A stretch of DNA of 41,221 bases from Smithella sp. (GCA_039679325.1 JBDKVD010000132.1:1-41221); one strand, 5' to 3'; shown: positions 16,272-26,867, counted from the stretch's first letter. Numbers and translations are program-made. The notes: generated by a model not told the origin, from the sequence alone.

Positions 16272-17513
16272 CTAAGAACTTCTTATCCAGTCTCTGCCCC
16301 CGAGCATTCTGGCGACTAACATGCTGGCGACGTTATCTCCGGTAGCGTTGAGCATTGTGGCCGGAGCGTCAACGAGAGTACCGATCATTGTGATCACCGG
16401 AAACGCCTCCGGCGGAAAACCGTATAGCGATATAATTAATAATTCGCCAATTGTGCCGCCCCCCGGAATGCCGCTTACAACAACGCCGGTCAGAAGAGCA
16501 ATACCCAGCGCAGTGAGAATTGTTCCTGCTCCTGTAAAGTCCATATGAAATAAACCAAATAAAAAGGCAATTTTCAAAATAGCGGCAAGACAGGAGCCTT
16601 CCATATGAATTGTAGCCCCGATGGGAATGATCACTTCACTGATATCTTTGGGTATTCCCGTTTTGTTGGCTGCGGCCAGATTGGCGGGGATCGCCGCCAT
16701 GCTGCTTCCGGTGGCCAGAGCGGTGAGCGCCGGAGGGATGATATTGCTCCAGAATCTGCGCACACCCGTCCCTTTTCCGGCAATAAATGCGTAAATTGTA
16801 AAGGCAATAAAGAAATATAAAATGGCGGCGGGATAATACAAAATCATTGCCCTCATGTAAGAACCGAGCAATTCCGGGCCGAAAGCACCGACCAGATAGG
16901 CAAAATAGGCGCAAAGACCTATGGGAGCATAATACATGATGAAGGAAATCAGCTTCATCATGACTTCACTGCCGGAGTTTAAAAAGCCGGCAAAAATTTT
17001 CCCCCGCTCACCGATAGAAGAAGTTGCAAGTCCCATCAGGATGGCGAAAACAATCAATGCGAGCATGTTTTTCTTGGAAAGCAGATCCGGGAAGTCGGCA
17101 ACGGCAAAAGCCTTGACAATCTGTTCGGAGGTTTGAAAGTGTTCTATGTTCATTGCGGCCGGCAGGTTGATGCTTGTGCCCGCGGTCGGCGGATAGAGTT
17201 GAACCCCGATAATCATGACAATGGAAGCGATAAGCCCGGTAATAATAAATACCAGCATCATCGCCGACATGATTTTGCCCAGACGCCGGATATCCGTCAT
17301 CGAAGCAACGGCGGAAGAAATAGAAAAGAAAACCAGGGGAATAATTGCCGTAAAAAGCAGATTGAGGAAGATATCTCCGAACGGTTTGAAAACTATGGCA
17401 TCTTTTTTATAAATAAATCCCAGAACCGACCCGAGAATGATGGATACGATCAGGATTATCGAAAAGCCATAAGAGCGAATAAAAGACGGCAGCTTGATTT
17501 TCATCTTATTCAT
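16272..17513 (-). CDS. Dicarboxylate/amino acid:cation symporter (DAACS family)
   Basis: 413 aa polytopic membrane protein. DAACS-type segments SSMAAIPAN, PIGATIHMEGSCLAAI, DAPATMLNATGD. ATGA overlap with the upstream gene. Confidence 0.85.
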   Translation of the reverse strand: MNKMKIKLPSFIRSYGFSIILIVSIILGSVLGFIYKKDAIVFKPFGDIFLNLLFTAIIPLVFFSISSAVASMTDIRRLGKIMSAMMLVFIITGLIASIVMIIGVQLYPPTAGTSINLPAAMNIEHFQTSEQIVKAFAVADFPDLLSKKNMLALIVFAILMGLATSSIGERGKIFAGFLNSGSEVMMKLISFIMYYAPIGLCAYFAYLVGAFGPELLGSYMRAMILYYPAAILYFFIAFTIYAFIAGKGTGVRRFWSNIIPPALTALATGSSMAAIPANLAAANKTGIPKDISEVIIPIGATIHMEGSCLAAILKIAFLFGLFHMDFTGAGTILTALGIALLTGVVVSGIPGGGTIGELLIISLYGFPPEAFPVITMIGTLVDAPATMLNATGDNVASMLVARMLGGRDWIRSS

Positions 17514-18274
17514 TCGATCACGAAATCGAAGTAAGTATTTGGGAAAGGTTCATTGTTAAGCGTATAGTGCCACCATTCCTTTTCAAAATTCCGGAAACCG
17601 TATTTCGTCATCAGCGATTTCAGAAGCATTCTGTTGATTCTTTGCTGGAGGCCAAAGCTTTTATTTTCGGTATGGGACAGCTCGGAGAAACAATCAAAGC
17701 CGGTTCCCATGTCAATGCTGTTGTCCCGGAAACGCTTGTCTGCGGGCATGCAGCAGGCCGATAATTTTTGTCCAGGTATGTAGTCCTCCTGTTTGGGGAC
17801 GGGGACCGGAACAATGGTCAAATCAACCGTACTGCCGCGGCTGTGTCCTGATCTGCTGTCGATATAGCCGTCTTTGAACAGATTTCTTTTGTCGAGCGTC
17901 GGATAGAATTCTTTTTTTGTTTTAGTATTTTCAATTTCTGTTGCCCATTTGACGAAATGATCGACAGCCCGCTGCGGACGATAACAATCGTAGATCTTTA
18001 AGGAAAGAGAAAATTGGCCCAGATCCTTCTGCACTTTCGACAGTGCGGCCGCGGCTTCTTTTGTAAGGATGCATTTTCCTGCATTGTAGCCGTTAACCGG
18101 TTCTCCTAAAAAATTATGCAGACCGAAATACCGGATATCAAGTTCGACATCCGGGATTACGCTTTTTATATCGACAAAACCTTCAGGCATCTTTTCGAGG
18201 GCGGCACAGGTACCGGCTGATTGTAAAGTTAAAACGGCAAGTAAAAAGAAACCGAATATAAACTTCGTTTTCAT
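17510..18274 (-). CDS. ddpX: Secreted D-alanyl-D-alanine dipeptidase (VanX/DdpX, peptidase M15D)
   Basis: SGHSRGSTVDLT (SxHxxGxxxD) and EWWHY motifs. N-terminal signal peptide MKTKFIFGFFLLAVLTLQSAGTCAA. Confidence 0.85.
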   Translation of the reverse strand: MKTKFIFGFFLLAVLTLQSAGTCAALEKMPEGFVDIKSVIPDVELDIRYFGLHNFLGEPVNGYNAGKCILTKEAAAALSKVQKDLGQFSLSLKIYDCYRPQRAVDHFVKWATEIENTKTKKEFYPTLDKRNLFKDGYIDSRSGHSRGSTVDLTIVPVPVPKQEDYIPGQKLSACCMPADKRFRDNSIDMGTGFDCFSELSHTENKSFGLQQRINRMLLKSLMTKYGFRNFEKEWWHYTLNNEPFPNTYFDFVIE

Positions 18275-19071
18275 TGAATTAACCCTTCTATTGTATTTTT
18301 CGTTCCCATAATGATCAGAGGCCTCGCCTGCGGATCAAGCCAGTCGAGAATTTTGATCATATTATCTTCGGAAACGGCGACGCAACCTTCTGTAGGTATA
18401 TTTTCCCCGCGCCAGATATGGAAAAATATAGCGCTGCCATAGCCTTTAATGACGGGGGCGGTGTTATACTCAATAATAAATCCGTATTTATAAAGATTGT
18501 CGTCCCGCCTCATTTTTTCATAAGATACGGCTTTCGTATCAAATTTTTTAACCCAGCGATTGTAATCATCAGCGTTGACATCATCAACCCACAGATCATC
18601 AGCCAGTGCCTGACGGTAGGGAATCTTTGTCCGAATGGATTCGTTATAGCCAAAAGCCGTTTTGACAGAGAAAATGCCGGAAGGGGATTTGCCGTCTCCC
18701 TCCCTCTTTTCACCGGGGGCGGCAAAGCCATTTTTACCTATTACTCCGTCAATTGATTCCTGAATGTTTTCCCATTGGCCGCCTTTTTTCCCCAACTTAT
18801 AAACATTGACAAATGAAGATCCGGAACAATTATTAGTGACAATTATGACCTGTGAAGAATATTTGATCTTCAAAGATTCGGCGATTGGTTTGATATCAGT
18901 CACCCGGGTGAACGGTGTGCAGGAAGCGGATAATAATAGAAACGTAAGGGAGATGATATATGAAGTTATAATTATAAGGGTATTCTCTTTTTTCACGGAA
19001 AAATTTGATTCCTTTGCCGCTGATCTTATTGAAAGCTCATGTATTAAATATGAAAATACAAATTGATGCAA
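18271..19071 (-). CDS. L,D-transpeptidase (YkuD domain) with N-terminal membrane/signal segment
   Basis: Catalytic pattern FFHIWRGENIPTEGCVAVS (His ... xGC[IV]). Hydrophobic N-terminus IIITSYIISLTFLLLSASC. Confidence 0.8.
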   Translation of the reverse strand: MHQFVFSYLIHELSIRSAAKESNFSVKKENTLIIITSYIISLTFLLLSASCTPFTRVTDIKPIAESLKIKYSSQVIIVTNNCSGSSFVNVYKLGKKGGQWENIQESIDGVIGKNGFAAPGEKREGDGKSPSGIFSVKTAFGYNESIRTKIPYRQALADDLWVDDVNADDYNRWVKKFDTKAVSYEKMRRDDNLYKYGFIIEYNTAPVIKGYGSAIFFHIWRGENIPTEGCVAVSEDNMIKILDWLDPQARPLIIMGTKNTIEGLIQ

Positions 19072-19102
19072 GTAAAAGAGAATAAGAAAAGTGATAAAAT
19101 AA

Positions 19103-19131
19103 TTGACTCTTAATTGTAATAACAGTATAAA
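19103..19131 (+). promoter_or_regulatory. Sigma70-like promoter candidate upstream of the carboxylase operon
   Basis: TTGACT (19103-19108), 17-nt spacer, TATAAA (19126-19131). A second weaker candidate is TTGACA at 19217 with CATATC. Confidence 0.4.
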
Positions 19132-19307
19132 ATAACTTTCAATAAAACGAGAAACTGGTGACAGCCTCTCTCGCTCATATCACAAGCTGTTTTCAGTGAA
19201 ATCATTTCGAATTTTCTTGACATGCGTTGTCTCTCACGGCATATCTGCATGTAAAAATGATGGGTGATATTTTTCGGAATTATTAGTTTATTTTAAGGAA
19301 GGAAGTC

Positions 19308-20768
19308 ATGTCTGTAAAACAAAGAAACATTAAGAAGGTGTTGATTGCCAATAGAGGCGAAATTGCTTTGCGTATAATCAGGACAGTGAAAGAGCTTGGT
19401 CTTGAGGCAATAGCCGTTTATGAAAAACCGGATTCTGAATCAAATTATATTCGGTCTGCCGACGATGCGATAATGCTCGGGGATCGGCCCCGTAAGGAAT
19501 ATCTGGATATCGATAAGATAATCTGGGCTGCCCGCAAAAGCGAGGCTGACGCCATTCATCCGGGTTATGGCTTCCTCTCGGAAAATGCCGATTTTTCGGA
19601 AGCTTGTGAAAAAGCAGGTATAATTTTTATTGGTCCTCCAGCGCAGGTAATCCGTGACATGGGCAATAAAGTTGTTGCCCGGGGAATTATGGAAAAAGCA
19701 GGCGTACCGACGATTCCCGGCACAGGCGACCTTGCTGCGGGAGATGCCGGAACCTTGCAGGCAAAGGAATTCGCTGAAAAATATGGCTATCCGCTGATGC
19801 TGAAAGCCGCCGCCGGCGGGGGAGGCAGGGGGATCCGCAAGGTCGGCAGTGAGGAAGAACTGAAGATACAACTGCCGCTGGTCCGGGCCGAAACGCGCAC
19901 CGCCTTCAATGATGATAGAATTTATATTGAAAAGTGTATTGAATCTCCGCGCCATATTGAAATTCAGATTCTTGCCGACTATCACGGAAATGTAATTCAC
20001 CTGGGATCACGTGACTGTTCGATCCAGCGCCGTCATCAGAAGCTGCTGGAAATAGCGCCGGCCGATTTGCCCCAGAACGTGCTCGAAGCCATGTACGATG
20101 CCGCCATTAGAGGCGCACGCCAGGCGGCGTATGTAAATGCTGGAACAGTGGAGTTTCTGGTTGATTCCAGGACCAACGAATTCTGGTTTATGGAAATGAA
20201 TACACGCCTGCAGGTTGAGCATACGGTGACGGAGGAACTGACGGGAGTTGATATCGTCCGTCAGCAAATCAAGATCGCCGAAGGAAACATTTTGGATATT
20301 CCGGCGGAGCGTGTGCACATGCTGGGCAAAGCTGTTCAGGTCAGAATTAATGCCGAAGATCCGAAGAATAATTTTATGCCGGAGGGAGGCAAAACTCTGG
20401 AAGTATATCACTCACCGGGAGGCCCGGGGGTAAGACTGGATGGTGTTGTTTATCAGGGTTATCGCATTCCTACCGATTATGATTCATTAATGGTTAAGAT
20501 GACTGTACGCGGTTATAACTGGGAACAGACTATCCAGAGATTGAAACGATCTCTGAATAACTTCCTGATTGTCGGGCCGAAAACAACGATTCCCTTCTAT
20601 CTCGCTATTTGCGATGAACCGGATTTCCAGGCGGGGAAATTTGATACAAGCTACCTCGAAACACATCAACAGCTGTTTGATTATCCCGAACAGGAACGAG
20701 AAGTAGCAAAACTGACAAAATTAATTGCGGAGATTCACGCCCGGGCAATGAATCCTTACGCATATTAA
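19308..20768 (+). CDS. accC: Biotin carboxylase (AccC-type; by context pyruvate carboxylase subunit A-like)
   Basis: ATP-grasp biotin carboxylase: KVLIANRGEIALRIIRT, GYPLMLKAAAGGGGRGIR, EMNTRLQVEHTVTE. SD AAGGAAGGAAG. Confidence 0.9.
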   Translation: MSVKQRNIKKVLIANRGEIALRIIRTVKELGLEAIAVYEKPDSESNYIRSADDAIMLGDRPRKEYLDIDKIIWAARKSEADAIHPGYGFLSENADFSEACEKAGIIFIGPPAQVIRDMGNKVVARGIMEKAGVPTIPGTGDLAAGDAGTLQAKEFAEKYGYPLMLKAAAGGGGRGIRKVGSEEELKIQLPLVRAETRTAFNDDRIYIEKCIESPRHIEIQILADYHGNVIHLGSRDCSIQRRHQKLLEIAPADLPQNVLEAMYDAAIRGARQAAYVNAGTVEFLVDSRTNEFWFMEMNTRLQVEHTVTEELTGVDIVRQQIKIAEGNILDIPAERVHMLGKAVQVRINAEDPKNNFMPEGGKTLEVYHSPGGPGVRLDGVVYQGYRIPTDYDSLMVKMTVRGYNWEQTIQRLKRSLNNFLIVGPKTTIPFYLAICDEPDFQAGKFDTSYLETHQQLFDYPEQEREVAKLTKLIAEIHARAMNPYAY

Positions 20769-20800
20769 TTTATTTTTAAGAAAGCAGGGTTTAGTATTTT

Positions 20801-22765
20801 ATGGAAAAAGTATCACAAAATGTATTTGACGAACGAGTTACTCCCCGTGAATTAAAGGAAAAGGGCGCAAAATACATCATCGATAAACTCAAACGCAACA
20901 AGGGTTACTATGTTACAAACACGGAAAGAGACCTTTCTCAGTCCGATTTTAAAAACAGAATCATGCCCCACACTCAGCTACTCGTAGCCAAGGAACGCAA
21001 CACTTCCGGTTTCTTTTCCATCGAAATATCGGGAGGTGCGTCCGTGCATGTTGATATGTTGCGTAAGCAAATGAACCCGCTGGAGAAGTTGCAGGTTTTG
21101 GCGGAAAATATGCCGGATACTTTGTTTCAAAATCTTTGCCGCGGTATTAATATGTTTGGCTACCGGCCCTATCCGGAAAATGTTATTCGTTTGACCGTGC
21201 AGAGTTTCGCCCGTTATGTTCATGTTTGGCGGGTCTTTGACTTTTTGAATCATATTCCCAATATGCTGGCGGTCTTTGAAGAAGTTAAAAGAGCGGGTTG
21301 CATTTTGGAACCGTCCATCTGTTTTTCTACGGGCCCGGAGCACACCGATGAGTATTATGTGAAAAAAGTCGGCGAAATCTTAAACGTTACCGGAGAAGAT
21401 ATAATCCTTTGCATTAAAAATCACGGCGGTCTGGGAACACCCCGCCGGATCGGCCAACTGGTTAAAGCGATTTTGAACAAATATCCGGATTTGCTCATTC
21501 AATACCATGGTCATAACTCTGACGGCAATGATGTGGGAAGAATAATTGAAGCCGTCATCAACGGAGCGAAGATTGTTGATGCCTCCGATCATGCTTTTAC
21601 AGGTTTCTTTGGTCCGCCGCCGATTATTACGGTGGTGGATACGCTGGCCGAATACGGCTACAGAGCCGTGGGTTTAGACAGGCAGGCCGTTATAGATACA
21701 TCGAATATTTTACGTCCGGAAAGAGAATATTATCGTGATTTTGAATCACAGTTTCTTGGTTTTGATCCTACAGTACAGATACACAAACTTCCCGGCGGGG
21801 CAACCGGATCCAGCTTTGAACAAGCCGTCAAGGGTGGCTTTTTATCTCGTATGCCGGAGATATTACAGAAAGAATTACCCCGTGTGCAGGTGGAATTGGG
21901 TAACTGGTGGAGTGTGACACCGGGTTCGCAAATACTTTGGACAACGGCAGTGAATAATGTGTTGAAAGGTGTGCGATACAAAGATGCCAGTGATGATTTA
22001 AAAAATTTAATGTTGGGAAGGTATGGTGAACTTCCGTTTTATAAACCTTCCAATGAAATTTATAAGGCGGTATTCGGAGCGGATTGGGAAGAATATGTGG
22101 ATTGTAATTACTGCTACCAGAAGATAGAAAACATTGATCTGGATGTCGAGAAAAAGATTTTAGAGCGTCGTCTTGGGCGGCAGGCAACCGAGGACGAACT
22201 TGTATTATATCTGCAACATCCCAATGATGCCGTCAACTTTTTCAAATTTGAAAGCAAGTACGGCAAAACATGGGTATTGCCTCCTAATATATGGTTCAGG
22301 AAGGGCGGCTTCAGCTTAGGGGAAAAATTTGAAATCACCGATGTCTACGGGAAAATACATTCAATTGAAATAGGACCGCAGCGAAAAACAAAGAGCGGCG
22401 ATGCCGTAACTTATTTTGTCGTCGATCATCATACCGAGCCAATCTATACGGAAATGGAGCAGGAAGGCGAAGGAAAGACAGGTTCCGGCGCTCAGCTGAA
22501 GAAAAAAGTGTCTATTTCCGTCAAGGAGCTTGCCGATCTGGCCAAAGCAGGTGACATACGTTCTCAAATGTCGGGAACCGTGAATGAAGTACCGGTATCT
22601 GAAGGCAATGAAGTGTCGGCTGGGCAGGTTTTAATCGTCCTGGAAGCAATGAAAATGCTGACAAACATTATTTCTGAAATAAATGGAAAAGTCACCGAAG
22701 TCATAGTTTCACCCGGTGATAAGGTTGAGATCGGCGATTCTTTGATGACAATAACCAAATCATAA
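20801..22765 (+). CDS. Carboxyltransferase + biotinyl-carrier subunit (pyruvate carboxylase subunit B / oxaloacetate decarboxylase alpha-like)
   Basis: HMGL-like TIM-barrel elements ERDLSQS (cf. RDAHQS), IKNHGGLGTP (cf. IKDMAGL), YHGHNSDGN (HxH). C-terminal biotinylation site LEAMKM. Confidence 0.75.
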   Translation: MEKVSQNVFDERVTPRELKEKGAKYIIDKLKRNKGYYVTNTERDLSQSDFKNRIMPHTQLLVAKERNTSGFFSIEISGGASVHVDMLRKQMNPLEKLQVLAENMPDTLFQNLCRGINMFGYRPYPENVIRLTVQSFARYVHVWRVFDFLNHIPNMLAVFEEVKRAGCILEPSICFSTGPEHTDEYYVKKVGEILNVTGEDIILCIKNHGGLGTPRRIGQLVKAILNKYPDLLIQYHGHNSDGNDVGRIIEAVINGAKIVDASDHAFTGFFGPPPIITVVDTLAEYGYRAVGLDRQAVIDTSNILRPEREYYRDFESQFLGFDPTVQIHKLPGGATGSSFEQAVKGGFLSRMPEILQKELPRVQVELGNWWSVTPGSQILWTTAVNNVLKGVRYKDASDDLKNLMLGRYGELPFYKPSNEIYKAVFGADWEEYVDCNYCYQKIENIDLDVEKKILERRLGRQATEDELVLYLQHPNDAVNFFKFESKYGKTWVLPPNIWFRKGGFSLGEKFEITDVYGKIHSIEIGPQRKTKSGDAVTYFVVDHHTEPIYTEMEQEGEGKTGSGAQLKKKVSISVKELADLAKAGDIRSQMSGTVNEVPVSEGNEVSAGQVLIVLEAMKMLTNIISEINGKVTEVIVSPGDKVEIGDSLMTITKS

Positions 22766-22811
22766 TTGGCTGTCAGTAGAGTATAAGTTTGATATTTATG
22801 ATTCCTTTTTG

Positions 22812-22851
22812 CTTCCCATTAACGCATTGGAAACGATGTGGTAATGGGAAG
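22812..22851 (+). terminator. Strong hairpin 46 nt after the carboxylase operon; possible terminator with a weak U-tract
   Basis: CTTCCCATTA (22812-22821) pairs with TAATGGGAAG (22842-22851), with extra inner pairs (CG/CAT with ATG/TG). Followed by TATCTGTTT. Confidence 0.35.
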
Positions 22852-22908
22852 TATCTGTTTAATATCAGGTTTTAAAACGGAAATAGCCCTAATTTAATTA
22901 GGTAGTTC

Positions 22909-22937
22909 TTGACTTTTCGGCTTTTTTTATGGATACT
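22909..22937 (+). promoter_or_regulatory. Sigma70-like promoter candidate for the secA leader
   Basis: TTGACT (22909-22914), 17-nt spacer, GATACT (22932-22937). Confidence 0.3.
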
Positions 22938-23086
22938 GCGTTGTATTTATAATAATAAAATGCCGGTCAATGATCGAAGGTGTTTAAAATAAATATCTTA
23001 TGGGATATAAGTCATAATCAATGTAGCGGTGAGAATCTTACCATTGAACTAATACTTTTAGTAATATTTATTAAGATGTTAAATTC

Positions 23087-23112
23087 ACCGGTAACATTAC
23101 CGGTTTTTTTTT
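23087..23112 (+). terminator. Intrinsic-terminator-shaped hairpin + U9 directly abutting the secA Shine-Dalgarno (attenuator candidate)
   Basis: ACCGGTAA-CA-TTACCGGT (23087-23104) followed by nine T (23104-23112). Then AAGGTGAG (23113-23120) and TTG/ATG at 23121/23124. Confidence 0.6.
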
Positions 23113-23120
23113 AAGGTGAG

Positions 23121-25643
23121 TTGATGCTGGAAAAGTTATTAAAAAAGATTATTGGCACAAAAAACGACAGGGAATTAAAGCGGTTATCGTTTCTTTTAAA
23201 AGAAATTAATAATTATGAATCTACAGTGATGTCCTTGAGTGACGCCGAACTGCGAGCAAAAACGCCGTATTTCAGAGAGAAATTAAATGCAGGTTCCAGT
23301 GTGGATGATATTCTCCCGGAAGCATTTGCCGTGGCCAGAGAAGCATCACGTCGCACACTTTTAATGCGTCCGTTTGACGCACAGGTAATCGGCGGTATCG
23401 TCTTACATGAAGGCAAAATAGCGGAAATGAAAACAGGCGAGGGAAAAACGCTGGCCGCTACAATGCCTTTATATCTTAATGCCCTGGAAAGAAAGGGTTG
23501 TCATGTCGTCACCGTCAATGACTATCTGGCCAGCAGAGATGCGGAATGGATGGGGCCGATTTATAATTTTCTGGGGTTAAGCGTGGGAGTTATTGTTCAT
23601 GGACTGGATGATGATGAAAGAAGAGAAGCTTATGCCGCCGATATAACTTATGGTACGAATAACGAATTTGGATTCGATTATTTACGCGATAATATGAAAT
23701 TCGGCCTGGAAGATTACGTCCAGCGAGAGTTTAATTATGCGATCGTTGACGAGGTAGACAGCATTCTGATTGATGAAGCCCGTACCCCTTTGATTATTTC
23801 AGGAGCATCGGAAGAATCAACTGATAAATATTATAAAATCAATCAGATAATTCCGCGATTAAAAAAAGAGCGGGATTATGTAATTGAAGAAAAAAGCCGT
23901 ACCGTTGTCTTAACGGAAGAGGGCGTTGCCCATGTTGAAGAGTTTTTAAATGTAAAAAACCTTTATGAACCACGCAATATCGAAATTGTTCACCATGTCA
24001 ATCAGGCGCTGAAAGCACATACACTGTTCAAGCGTGATGTGGATTATCTCGTGAAAGACGGAGAGGTTATTATTGTCGATGAGTTCACAGGAAGGGTAAT
24101 GCCGGGAAGGCGATACAGCGATGGCCTGCATCAGGCGCTGGAAGCCAAGGAAAAGGTAAAAATCGAGAAGGAAAATCAGACGCTGGCTTCCATCACTTTT
24201 CAGAATTACTTCCGAATGTACAAGAAACTTTCGGGTATGACGGGGACTGCGGATACGGAAGCGACGGAATTCAAGAAAATTTATAATCTGGATGTAGTTG
24301 TTGTTCCGACAAATATGCCGATGATCCGCAACGATGAAAATGATTTGATTTATAAAACGGAACGGGAAAAAATTAATGCCGTCATAGAAGAAGTTAAAGT
24401 TTTAAATAAAGAGAAACGTCCCGTGCTGATAGGAACAATATCAATTGAAAAATCCGAATTATTGAGCAAATACCTTACTCGTGCCGGAATTAAGCATTAT
24501 GTTCTGAATGCAAAAAATCATGAAAAAGAAGCGGAAATAGTTGCTCAGGCCGGCCAGGCGGAAATGGTGACCATATCAACAAACATGGCCGGTCGTGGTA
24601 CGGATATTAAGTTAGGTGAAGGAGTGGCGGAGCTGGGAGGGCTGCATATTTTAGGCACCGAACGTCATGAAAGCCGCCGCATTGACAACCAGTTGCGCGG
24701 TCGGGCCGGACGTCAGGGAGACAATGGCTCCTCGCGCTTTTACCTGTCTCTGGAAGATGACTTGTTGCGAATATTCGGCGCGGATAGAATTTCGTCGATT
24801 ATGGAGCGAGTTGGAATTGAAGAAAATGAACCCATTGAACACAAGTATATTTCCCGCGCGATAGAAAACGCACAAAAGCGCGTGGAAGGGCAGAATTTTG
24901 ATATCCGCAAGCATTTGCTGGAATACGACGATGTAATGAACAAGCAGCGCAAAGTGGTATATGAACAGCGCAAAAAAGTATTGCGTGGCGAGAACTTGTG
25001 GAATGATGTTGAAGAGATGGTTGAAGAAATTACGGATGATTTTCTATTTGAATTTGTGGATGAGAAAAAACATTCCGAAGAATGGAATCTCAAGGGCCTT
25101 GATGAAGCCATTCTCAAACAATTCAACCTGAAGTTGAATATTATGAATTCGTCGGAGATAACATCCGTCGATGCGATACGTGAACACATTAAACAAAAAG
25201 TTCAGGAACTTCTGCGCGCCAAGGAACAAAATTTCGGCAAAGAACTGATGGATTACTTGTTGAAAGTGATCATGCTGCAGTCAATCGATTCCCATTGGAA
25301 AGAGCATCTTTTGTCCATGGATCACTTGAAGGAAGGAATCGGTCTGCGCGGCTATGGTCAGAAAGATCCTGTTCGTGAATATCAACGTGAAGGCTACGAG
25401 ATGTTCATGGAAATGATCTCTCAGATGAAAAAAGATACTTTAGAAAAGTTGTGTCTGGTGCAAGTTCAACGTGAAGAAGAAGTTGAAGAAATCCGGCACA
25501 AACAAAAACAGGATTACATACTGAGCCGTGGTGAAGATGTGCCGGATGTGCAAACTGTGAAGAGGGAAGGGCATAAAGTCGGTCGTAACGATCCCTGTCC
25601 CTGTGGCAGCGGGAAAAAATATAAAAAATGCTGTGGTGCTTAA
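23121..25643 (+). CDS. secA: Preprotein translocase ATPase SecA
   Basis: Walker [13 protein letters not shown]-like [29 protein letters not shown]-terminal zinc finger [14 protein letters not shown]. The ATG at 23124 is probably the real start. Confidence 0.97.
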   Translation: MMLEKLLKKIIGTKNDRELKRLSFLLKEINNYESTVMSLSDAELRAKTPYFREKLNAGSSVDDILPEAFAVAREASRRTLLMRPFDAQVIGGIVLHEGKIAEMKTGEGKTLAATMPLYLNALERKGCHVVTVNDYLASRDAEWMGPIYNFLGLSVGVIVHGLDDDERREAYAADITYGTNNEFGFDYLRDNMKFGLEDYVQREFNYAIVDEVDSILIDEARTPLIISGASEESTDKYYKINQIIPRLKKERDYVIEEKSRTVVLTEEGVAHVEEFLNVKNLYEPRNIEIVHHVNQALKAHTLFKRDVDYLVKDGEVIIVDEFTGRVMPGRRYSDGLHQALEAKEKVKIEKENQTLASITFQNYFRMYKKLSGMTGTADTEATEFKKIYNLDVVVVPTNMPMIRNDENDLIYKTEREKINAVIEEVKVLNKEKRPVLIGTISIEKSELLSKYLTRAGIKHYVLNAKNHEKEAEIVAQAGQAEMVTISTNMAGRGTDIKLGEGVAELGGLHILGTERHESRRIDNQLRGRAGRQGDNGSSRFYLSLEDDLLRIFGADRISSIMERVGIEENEPIEHKYISRAIENAQKRVEGQNFDIRKHLLEYDDVMNKQRKVVYEQRKKVLRGENLWNDVEEMVEEITDDFLFEFVDEKKHSEEWNLKGLDEAILKQFNLKLNIMNSSEITSVDAIREHIKQKVQELLRAKEQNFGKELMDYLLKVIMLQSIDSHWKEHLLSMDHLKEGIGLRGYGQKDPVREYQREGYEMFMEMISQMKKDTLEKLCLVQVQREEEVEEIRHKQKQDYILSRGEDVPDVQTVKREGHKVGRNDPCPCGSGKKYKKCCGA

Positions 25644-25667
25644 GGGCTATCAAAAGGAGCAGGCATT

Positions 25668-26867
25668 ATGGTGAATGAAAAAATGAAGATAAATGTCCCG
25701 GGGTTTTTGGCTAATGGAATTTCTGTTGGAATAAAGGACGGCCAGAAGAAGGATGTTGGTTTGATTTACTCCACTGTCCCGGCAAAAGTCGCCGCCGTCT
25801 TTACAAAAAATTCATTTAAAGCGGCGCCGGTATTAATTGATATGGAGCGTGTTAAAAAAGGCCTCGCCCAGGCAATTATAACAAATAGCGGCTGCGCCAA
25901 TGCCGCGACGGGAAAAGAAGGCTATCAGGATGCTCTGGCTGTATCCGCTGCCTTAAACAGCCAGCTAAAAATAAAAGAAGAACATATCCTGGTTTGCTCC
26001 ACAGGCGTAATCGGAAAAAGATTGCCTGTCAAAAAGCTGGAAAGCGGGATGGGTAAGCTGGTAAAGGGTTTGAATGAATTCGGGATCGTTGATGCTGAAG
26101 AAGCGATGATGACTACCGACAAGTACCCGAAAATCGCCATTCGCAGGGGTATTGTCGGCGCCAAGGATGTCACCATCTGCGGTATTGCCAAAGGGGCGGG
26201 AATGATTGAACCCAATATGGCGACTTTGCTGATCTACGTAATGACGGATGCCCTGATTGACGCCAAGGCTTTGAATACAGTGTTTCACCAGGCAATTGAC
26301 TCCACATTCAACGCGATAAGCATTGACGGTTGCATGAGTACCAATGATACGGCCATTATTCTGGCTAACGGTTTGGCCGGTAATAATCCACTCGAAAAAG
26401 CGCAGGCGCGTTTACAGAGATTCCGCGATATGTTGTCCGACGTCTTAATGGAGCTTGCCCAGTCGGTAGTAAAAGATGGTGAAGGTGCAACGAAATTCAT
26501 TTCAATTACGGTGGAAGGCGCAAAAACACGATCAGATGCAAGAAAGGCGGCGTATTCCATTGCCAACTCCAATCTCGTTAAAACGGCGTTTTTCGGCGAA
26601 GATCCCAACTGGGGAAGAATAATTGCCGCCCTCGGTTCTTCGGGGATACCTCTGGAAAAGGAAAGAGTCAGTCTGTCAATTGGCGGCTTACAGGTGTTTG
26701 CCCAGGATACACCCGCCAATTTTAGTTTGAATAAATTAAAAGGGATATTTGAAAAAGACCGGATTGATGTTCATGTTCAATTGGGCGGCGGCGATAAATC
26801 ATATTGCGTTTACACCTCCGACCTTACATATGATTATGTGAAAATTAACGCCGATTACACAACTTGA
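25668..26867 (+). CDS. argJ: Bifunctional glutamate N-acetyltransferase / amino-acid acetyltransferase ArgJ
   Basis: GIAKGAGMIEPNMATLLIYVMTDA (autoproteolytic Thr region) and DGCMSTNDT; 399 aa. Confidence 0.93.
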   Translation: MVNEKMKINVPGFLANGISVGIKDGQKKDVGLIYSTVPAKVAAVFTKNSFKAAPVLIDMERVKKGLAQAIITNSGCANAATGKEGYQDALAVSAALNSQLKIKEEHILVCSTGVIGKRLPVKKLESGMGKLVKGLNEFGIVDAEEAMMTTDKYPKIAIRRGIVGAKDVTICGIAKGAGMIEPNMATLLIYVMTDALIDAKALNTVFHQAIDSTFNAISIDGCMSTNDTAIILANGLAGNNPLEKAQARLQRFRDMLSDVLMELAQSVVKDGEGATKFISITVEGAKTRSDARKAAYSIANSNLVKTAFFGEDPNWGRIIAALGSSGIPLEKERVSLSIGGLQVFAQDTPANFSLNKLKGIFEKDRIDVHVQLGGGDKSYCVYTSDLTYDYVKINADYTT

